A DNA stretch of 64,000 nucleotides. Origin: Salisapilia sapeloensis CBS 127946. Taxonomy: Eukaryota; Protista; Oomycota. The stretch is taken from positions 1-64,000 of the forward strand of contig JAADVB010000091.1 of NCBI GenBank assembly GCA_023334545.1. The letters run 5' to 3'. The notes below the pieces were generated by a model. The model searched no databases, was not told where the DNA came from, and saw nothing but the letters and a program-made list of their open reading frames with translations. Below, piece by piece: positions 57,249-64,000 of the stretch. Position 1 is the first letter of the stretch. The number at the start of each line of letters is the position of its first letter. The position numbers and the translations under genes are program-made.

Positions 57249-59125
57249 TTACGCACCAAGCAACGTGTTACTCTCCTGTACAGGTTGATCGTTACCGTTG
57301 TAGTTGCGGCGATAGAAATGGACAGCAGCAAAGGCACAAACAGCAATGACAGCAGTCACAGCGGCAGCAGATACATACTGCATCGTAGACTGCATTCCCT
57401 TGTCGTCATTCGACTTTGTACCGGCAGACTCTTGTGGAGGAACGGGCGACGCGCATTCTTCATCCGTACGAGGCTTCTTGGCAAAGTCGAAAGCTCGTAG
57501 GAACGTATCCAATTCACAAAGCGCTGTCAAGAGCAAGAGTCGTCAGACACACAAAGATGAAGAGTACTTAGGACGAAACATACTGTCTTGGCATTCCGGA
57601 ACGAGTAGTGGCTTCCCCAAGAAGATCATTCGGGCAGCGTGCTTGCCATTCATGAGCTTGTACAGCTCAATGTTGAGCACACCAGCGTACGGCGTCCACT
57701 TTCGATCCCAATGATGGCGGAGACTGGCCGCCAAGAACGGCATGATAGTCGAGTCATGGCCTATATACACTTGTTAATCGTACATTCGCTGCGTACTCTA
57801 GAGCTCATCAAGTACCCATGGTAATGGCCAACTTGGGAGCAGCCTCGCCGTTGGCCATGGCCTCCATCCGTCCTCGGATCTCATTCGCTAGTGGCTGCAT
57901 GCCGATATTGGAGAACCACGAGTCGTTATAAAGTAGCTGCATGCTCTCCCTCCACTCCGCTTCTTCGATGAGCGACTGGAAGAGAGAGTCATCGACTTGT
58001 CCAGGCAGCGGCAGACCATTGCAACGCGAGACACTAAGGCATTCGAGCATAGTGCCCCACTCAAAGTTCCCAGCACCCTTTTCAAACTTATTCTGCATGT
58101 CAAGCACTTCTTTCGAGTGAATATGGGCTTGGAAGTCATCGGAGCTTTTCGCTACGCCACCAATGTATGGAAGGATGGGGCAGATATTTCCATTGGCATT
58201 GATATGGTCCGTCGCGTAGTCGGCAACATGCCAAGTGAGTTTGTCGTCGAGACTTCGAGAGAGACTGGAGCCATCGGGAGGAAAGAAGCCGTCCATGAGC
58301 GCATGGCCGGAGCCGACAGTACGCTCCTCGTCATCGCTACAAGCAGACATTGTCAGTGTATGCAGGAGGAACAAGAGACTGAAGAAAGGTACCTGCGCAA
58401 GTAGATGCTGTCGACAGGAGGCTACGAACAATGAACAGTAAGTGCATGCAGCCTACCAGATACGCTAGAGAAGCTACCGATTCATCGGAGAAGAGCTTGA
58501 GAGGTCCTTCGCCGATGTACGCCTTCCTCAGGTGTCTAGTACCAACATTAGCGAAACGGAAGAGACTCGTATCTCTAGAAGAGCGTACTCTCCATTTCGA
58601 AGATGCTGTTGTCGGCCGATGTCGAGTAGTCCACCGACGATACAATCACCGTTCAAGATGTTCTCTCCATCCAGATACGACTTCTTGTACAGCCTTCCAA
58701 ATCCTTTCTCCGAGGTATTCCCGATATCTTGAGACTAGACGAACCCACTTTGTTACTCTACGCATCTTTTCATACTATATCGAGACCTACCGAGACGGAG
58801 CTTGTACTACAGTTCCACGTTGCCAGCATCGGATTCGTATTCGAGTCCCAGCAACGTAGCTTTGTAAACGGAGCTCGAGCCCCGTGCCTAGCAATCAGCT
58901 ACGAAAGTATCGACTTAAGGTATGTACGTATCGACTTCTATCATATCGTCGAACCTGCACTTGCTCGAGGCTCTCGACCCTTTGCTCCTGATCCGGTGTC
59001 AACGGGGTAATCGCTTTATCCGCGATGCCTTCCAAATCATTACAGTAGGCATGCGGCTGCCATCCGTCGTACCTCGAGGCCGTCGCCGTGGCTATGAAGA
59101 CAGTCGAAAGCGCCCAGACTCGCAT
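57249..59125 (-). CDS. Histidine acid phosphatase, secretory pathway, C-terminally membrane anchored, multi-exon
   Basis: Signal peptide MRVWALSTVFIATATA. LIARHGARAP (about 58890-58870) and GHDSTIMPF motifs. C-terminal TM followed by an ESNTLL dileucine-type signal. Confidence 0.9.
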
Positions 59126-59262
59126 CTTTTCAAATGACCTCGAGGGAGATTCGTCCGTCGATCTTGAGACGTCGCAACCGTTTCATCCTCCTACGTCCTC
59201 TTTTTCCATCCAACCTGATAACTCAATGTGTCCACCGTTCACATGTTCCGCTTACTCTATGC

Positions 59263-61809
59263 CTACTCTTCTCCGGCCTGACTCTTCTCCACAAGCTCTC
59301 GTTTCACTCGCTTCTCCTCGTCAAACACATCGACGCCCAACAGATCTTCAATGTGCTGACGCACTTGCAACGCCTTCTTCCAGTCGCCAGTTTCCTCCAC
59401 ACCGATGAGTGCTGCCTTGTACATGGAGATGACACGTACCCACTTCCCAGGGTTCTTTCGTCCAACGTCTTCAATCAACTCGTTCGTCTCTTTATCGACG
59501 TGCATCGCTTCAAAGCGCTCCATCACGTCCATGATCAGCGTGACATCCTTTCGTTGTCTACACAGATGCATCATCCGGTAGGCAATACCGAGTTGTAAGA
59601 ACAAACCATCACGTCTGATGACTCCCATGATCTCCGTGGCAAACGCACTGTCGTGTTGAGTGAGTGCGACTTCAAAGAACTTAAAGATAGCCTTGGGCGT
59701 AAAGGATTGACTCCCATGATCACGATACAATCGCTTGACATCACCGTACGCATTCTCATTCGCATAAGCGAACAAGAGTTCAGTATAGAAATTCGACTCG
59801 CCAAATGTGTGCGACTGCTTGCTTCGCGTGGCGTCTGCATCCGCTTCGATCATCCGAAGACGTTCCATTCGATTTCGAGCACTCGCTGCACAACGCACGA
59901 GCGACGAGTAGCTAGAGTATGGGAGTATATAGGACGTTGAAGTATTTTGTCGAGCCTTCTCGTACATTTCTAGCAGCAGCATCTGGTCATCCTTGCCTCC
60001 CTTCTCCAGCATTGGGTACAAGTTCCCGACCATGCACAACGTCATGTCTAGTCCACTGTCCTGCATGTGACGCATAACCTTGGCGGCATCCCTTGTCCTG
60101 AAGTTCACGCCCTTCTTGTGTGCTTGGCGCATACCCAACGCAATGTGTTCATGCGGCCAATTTCGGAGCTCCCATCCGTATTTTTGCATTTCGTCAATGA
60201 TCTTCAGCGCTTTCTCCAACTCACCGTTCTTCACTTCGGCCTTTAAGAGCTCCGTGACGATATCACGGATCTGCACGACACTAAGTCGATTACGAATCTT
60301 ACTCTTCGACTTTTTGTCCTTGTCCTTGTTCGCGTTCAAGTCCTTGAGCGTTTCAATAGCGTAGTCGTAGAGAGCGTACAAGCCGTCGATGTCGCCGAGC
60401 GTACTGAAGCGGCTGGTGGCGAGGTTGATACGGAAGCTCGTGTCGCCATTAGTCATCATCCCCTTGGTCACTTGAGCGACCATCTCATTGTGCTCGTAGG
60501 ATTCACCGTAGAGACTTTCGACAATAGACAACGCATGTCGATACTGTTCCGCTCCGTCTAAGAACAGCGGCACGAGCTTGGCCACCTGGTCATGTTGGCC
60601 CGTCCGGTACAACGTCCGAACGACATTACGTGACAGACGAGGGTGGACGAAGAGCTCTCCGTCCGTCTGCTTCATGCTGTTAAAGCGCTCTACAAGCTGC
60701 TCGTTGACAATGGCCATGGCGCCATCCAGATCGTCCATGGCTAGTCGTTTATCCAGCTCGCTGTTCGTCATATTTGTCATTCTATTTTGTTGGTCAGTGA
60801 CCGACTCGTCGAAGAGGTAGTCCGGCAGGACGTCCTGGTTCGCATCTATCAAGCGCCGCGTGTTGCGATTAAACGGAACGTTGCGAGCCTTCATGTCAGC
60901 CAACTCCTCTGCGATCCCATCTCTCTGACCTAAGAACTCTAGCGTCTCGATCACAGCATTCGACGCTTTCGTCTCCAGTTGCAATTCGAAGCGCTTACGG
61001 TTTTCTAGGATGGCTGCTGCTTGGTCCTTACAGTCATTGTCTCGACACACACGTAAGAGAGCAATTAGAGTGCCACCAGTGAGACGCATACTGGAGTTTG
61101 TGTAGAAAGCAAACGCACGATCAGGTTCTCCAGCCTTGCCCATGGCAAAGAGGACACGGTCGATGGTTGTTTCATGCCAGTAGCCTACTTGCGGATCGGC
61201 ATCGTCAAACAGCTCTCTCGCAATGTCCAAACGACCTCCTTCGACCATGTAAAGCATCATGTAGGACATGATTTCAGTCGGTCGATCTGAGAGTAGTTCC
61301 AGAGCCTCCTTGTACCTCTCATACGCTTCGTCTAATCGACCTTCCATGAGCAGACCGACGATGTGGAAGCGATGGGTGAGTTCCAAGTCGTCGTTGGCTT
61401 TGTTCTTCTTGAGAAAGTCGTATACTTGGAGCATATCCTTGGGTCTCTTGTGGTTATAAAGCGAGCGAAAGTAGTCGGCGTACATGGTCATCGATATCGG
61501 AGCGTCTCGAGCAGCCATGGCCTTCACAACAGAGACCATACCATCCATCAAGTGCACTTTCTCAGACGCATTGAATAGATCTACTAGTTCATCGGCATCC
61601 GTTCCTGATTGCTCCGTAGTCTCATCGATATACTTTGTCAGCTCTCGACGGACTTGCTTCAGCTTCTTCACGCCAACCTCTTTCTTCATGTTGGACGTTC
61701 GACCTTGCAAGAACCATTCTCGATCTATACCGGCAATGGACTGAAAGTTCCTTGTCTCGACAGACCATTTCGGCAGCCGTCGTGCAGCGAGGCGGCCCAC
61801 TCTCCACAT
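59263..61809 (-). CDS. Pentatricopeptide-repeat (PPR)-like helical repeat protein, putative mitochondrial
   Basis: Presequence MWRVGRLAARRLPKWSVETRNF. Repeated helical units of about 35 aa (e.g. IDRVLFAMGKAGEPDRAFAFY, SNAVIETLEFLGQRD..LADMKARNVPFN, VTELLKAEVKNGELEKALKIIDEMQKYG). The true start is probably 61809, not 62244. Confidence 0.8.
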   Translation of the reverse strand: MWRVGRLAARRLPKWSVETRNFQSIAGIDREWFLQGRTSNMKKEVGVKKLKQVRRELTKYIDETTEQSGTDADELVDLFNASEKVHLMDGMVSVVKAMAARDAPISMTMYADYFRSLYNHKRPKDMLQVYDFLKKNKANDDLELTHRFHIVGLLMEGRLDEAYERYKEALELLSDRPTEIMSYMMLYMVEGGRLDIARELFDDADPQVGYWHETTIDRVLFAMGKAGEPDRAFAFYTNSSMRLTGGTLIALLRVCRDNDCKDQAAAILENRKRFELQLETKASNAVIETLEFLGQRDGIAEELADMKARNVPFNRNTRRLIDANQDVLPDYLFDESVTDQQNRMTNMTNSELDKRLAMDDLDGAMAIVNEQLVERFNSMKQTDGELFVHPRLSRNVVRTLYRTGQHDQVAKLVPLFLDGAEQYRHALSIVESLYGESYEHNEMVAQVTKGMMTNGDTSFRINLATSRFSTLGDIDGLYALYDYAIETLKDLNANKDKDKKSKSKIRNRLSVVQIRDIVTELLKAEVKNGELEKALKIIDEMQKYGWELRNWPHEHIALGMRQAHKKGVNFRTRDAAKVMRHMQDSGLDMTLCMVGNLYPMLEKGGKDDQMLLLEMYEKARQNTSTSYILPYSSYSSLVRCAASARNRMERLRMIEADADATRSKQSHTFGESNFYTELLFAYANENAYGDVKRLYRDHGSQSFTPKAIFKFFEVALTQHDSAFATEIMGVIRRDGLFLQLGIAYRMMHLCRQRKDVTLIMDVMERFEAMHVDKETNELIEDVGRKNPGKWVRVISMYKAALIGVEETGDWKKALQVRQHIEDLLGVDVFDEEKRVKRELVEKSQAGEE

Positions 61810-61939
61810 GTCCACGAGCTTTGCGCTTTGGTTGTCAGCGGTCCAATTGTCTCTTTTAAATAGAATCGTTGATACTTTCAATAGGATACTAATAAATCGG
61901 AGCAGTGGGTTACTTCGATCTTTAAAGGTCGCGTCGAGC

Positions 61940-62241
61940 ATGGAAGAGTACGATGAGGAGAAGCTACATGTGCTTACAGCTGACCAGCTCGCAGCCCTCG
62001 ATGAAGCAAAGGTCTCTTTCCGAGCACAAGTATCCTGTATGTGATAATCATGCGAAAGTAGGTGAACATCCGGATTGACAATGAACAATACTTGCGCGAC
62101 CATCCGGACGTGACCAAAGTCACTCGAGCGCTGCTGCGTGGCATCTTGCGTGACCAGCCTCGAGATCCGACCTTGTATGCCTACCGGTTCTTTGCTCGGT
62201 CGAAAGCAAGCCTTCGTAGCGACCTCGACTCCAAAAGCTAG
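61940..62241 (+). CDS. RIIAD1: RIIa domain-containing protein 1-like, 2 exons, missed by the ORF track
   Basis: Exons 61940-62011 and 62062-62241 (50-nt GT-AG intron) read MEEYDEEKLHVLTADQLAALDEAK | VNIRIDNEQYLRDHPDVTKVTRALLRGILRDQPRDPTLYAYRFF. RIDNE.YLR.HP is the RIIAD1 signature. Confidence 0.85.
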
Positions 62242-62314
62242 CAACTATTTTATCATACAAATGAAAACGTACGAGGCTGTGCCTGAATGCAAAATCATGC
62301 CGAGTCTTGTTGAT

Positions 62315-63502
62315 TTAAGCACTAGAGTCCGAGACACTGGTGATCTCTTCCGCATGATGCGTCTTTTGCTCATGGGCTTCACGCACTGGTTTGAAGTAAG
62401 GGTGCTGCATCGCCTCCTTCGCCGTCAATCGTTCCTGATGGTCGTACCGGAGCAGACCGTCCAAAAAGTCAAGCGCTTCCGTCGATATCAAGTGCTTGTT
62501 CTCTTGCGTAATGAACTTTTCCCACGGCTTCTTCGCGTGGTTGCCCAAGATGCCGTCATACTGTGGATCCAGCTCTAAATCGTACGTCGCCAAGTAGTCA
62601 TACAACTCGTCCGTGCCCTTCACCTTGGCGATCTTGACGAGCTGGTCACAGTTGTCATGGCCGTGGAACATGGGCTCCTTGCGGAAGATCATGGCCGCGA
62701 ACATGCACCCGAGACTCCACATGTCCAACGAGTAGTCGTACTCTTGCATGTCCACGAGGAGCTCGGGACCTTTAAAGTACCGACTCGCGACACGGACGTT
62801 GTACTCGCGACCGGGGTGGTAGAACTCGGCAAGACCCCAGTCGATCAGTCGAAGCTGGCGCTTCTCATGGTCGATCATGATGTTATGGGGCTTGACGTCC
62901 CGGTGCATGATGCCGTTTGCGTGTGAGTAGTCCAAGGCCTTGAGCAGTTCGTAAATGTAGTACCGGATGTCATAGTCCGTGAGCGTCGGATACAAGGTTT
63001 TAAAGTCCGTGTTGTTCACGTGCTCAAAGACGAGGCTGGGCGTCTTGGACTGCGGGTCACGCACAACGTCCAGGAGTTGGACGATGTTGACACCGCCCGA
63101 GAGATTCTGCAAGATCTTGATTTCACTATTGTGCAACACATGAGTACAAGTCGGAAGAAAAGATGGTATCTATCGTACCGTTTGATCTTCTTCTTCTTCA
63201 CTGGCTTGAGGATCTTAATGACGCATTTGCTGTTGTTCATGACGTTGTACCCTTCAAAGACCTCACTGTACTTGCCTCGACCGATCTTCCGAACGACTTC
63301 ATAATTGTCCTGTTCACTACGTTCGTCGAGAGGATCACGTCAGTATTTTTTATCTCTTAAAGCCTATTTTCTTGACTGTATAAGAAATAAAGATATAGGA
63401 GTCGAGTACGCACCCCCACGTGACGGACAGGGTTTCGTAATCCCAGTACTCGCGCGGACGCGTCTCGTTCACGTCGCAGTAGACCCTCGCCCGACTGCTC
63501 AT
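62315..63502 (-). CDS. CSNK2A1: Casein kinase II alpha subunit, two introns
   Basis: [24 protein letters not shown] | [32 protein letters not shown] | [42 protein letters not shown]. Confidence 0.98.
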
Positions 63503-63883
63503 GGCTCTAGATGTAACTCGTGTAGCTCGTGGGAGTATGCTGGACCGACACAGCACTCCTACTCTCAGCGTCTTGTCCGCTGCCTGCTCCTAGTCGCCGT
63601 TTCTGGTTTTCTTTCCCTCCGAGCGCACTCCATCCAAGATTTAGGTCGCGCGAAGGTTTCCTTGAAGCAACCTTCGCGTAACGTAGGATTCCGAGTTGAG
63701 GTACAAGCGGTGCTTGCTGATGGATCCATGATAGACAAGTGCTACACGTGTCGATCACAGAGCTAGGTACGCAAACCGTATTCTTTTCTGGTAAGAAATA
63801 GACGGAAGACATCACCTCGTAGAAATAAGACAAAAATACAGTGTATAAAATCATGCTCATTCAAAGTGAATCTTCAAAAAGGC

Positions 63884-63888
63884 AAAAA
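63884..63888 (-). terminator. Pol III terminator (T5) downstream of tRNA-Ala(CGC)
   Basis: AAAAA on + lies a few nt past the discriminator, with a second A5 at 63876-63880. Confidence 0.7.
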
Positions 63889-63891
63889 GTT

Positions 63892-63964
63892 TGGACACTG
63901 GGGGTATCGATCCCCCTACCTCCCGCATGCGAAGCGGGCGCTCTACCATTTGAGCTAAGCGCCC
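63892..63964 (-). tRNA. tRNA-Ala(CGC)
   Basis: The reverse complement GGGCGCT..AGTGTCC-A has the G3:U70 Ala identity pair. Anticodon arm CCCGC-TTCGCAT-GCGGG, T loop ATCGATA. 73 nt. Confidence 0.95.
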
Positions 63965-64000
63965 AGGATGTTGGCTTAAGAGGAATTAATAATATACAAA

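Noticed and set aside
61810-62244. N-terminal 145 aa of the 993-aa minus-strand ORF
   Set aside because: It is the antisense of the RIIAD1-like gene plus promoter. The presequence-like start MWRVGR at 61809 is more plausible.

Overview
Eukaryotic, very gene-dense nuclear DNA, most likely from an oomycete or related stramenopile. The beta-tubulin C-terminus ends [10 protein letters not shown], introns are short (about 35-90 nt) GT-AG, and there is a plant-type vacuolar sorting receptor. I can support about 35 protein-coding genes, mostly housekeeping: kinesin-4, AMMECR1, presenilin, SPO11-2-like, VAMP7, proteasome alpha3, eIF4B, RPF2, PSPH, PDE, VSR, IlvA, AIM24, beta-tubulin, SOSS-B, DYRK, eS12, dynamin, HIG1, HINT3, STE20 kinase, HAT1, Slo K+ channel, BMT5, acid phosphatase, a PPR protein, RIIAD1 and CK2alpha. 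There are also three tRNA genes. Several intron-rich genes are invisible in the ORF track and were reconstructed by hand, so their exon boundaries are provisional. No transposon, CRISPR array, rRNA or large repeat was recognised. The most striking observation is a tRNA-Ala(AGC)/tRNA-His(GUG) tandem separated by a single G that sits exactly at the G-1 identity position of tRNA-His, suggesting tRNase Z-generated, Thg1-independent G-1. Other notable items are a mitochondrial Cys-motif (OXLD1-like) domain fused to a P450-reductase-type FAD/NADPH module lacking the FMN domain, a presenilin with a helical domain inserted in its loop, a WW-AIM24 fusion, an HCF107/Mbb1-like mitochondrial HAT-repeat protein, a truncated Sec5-like gene and a candidate structured ncRNA. 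All family assignments come from motif recognition by eye; no searches were run.
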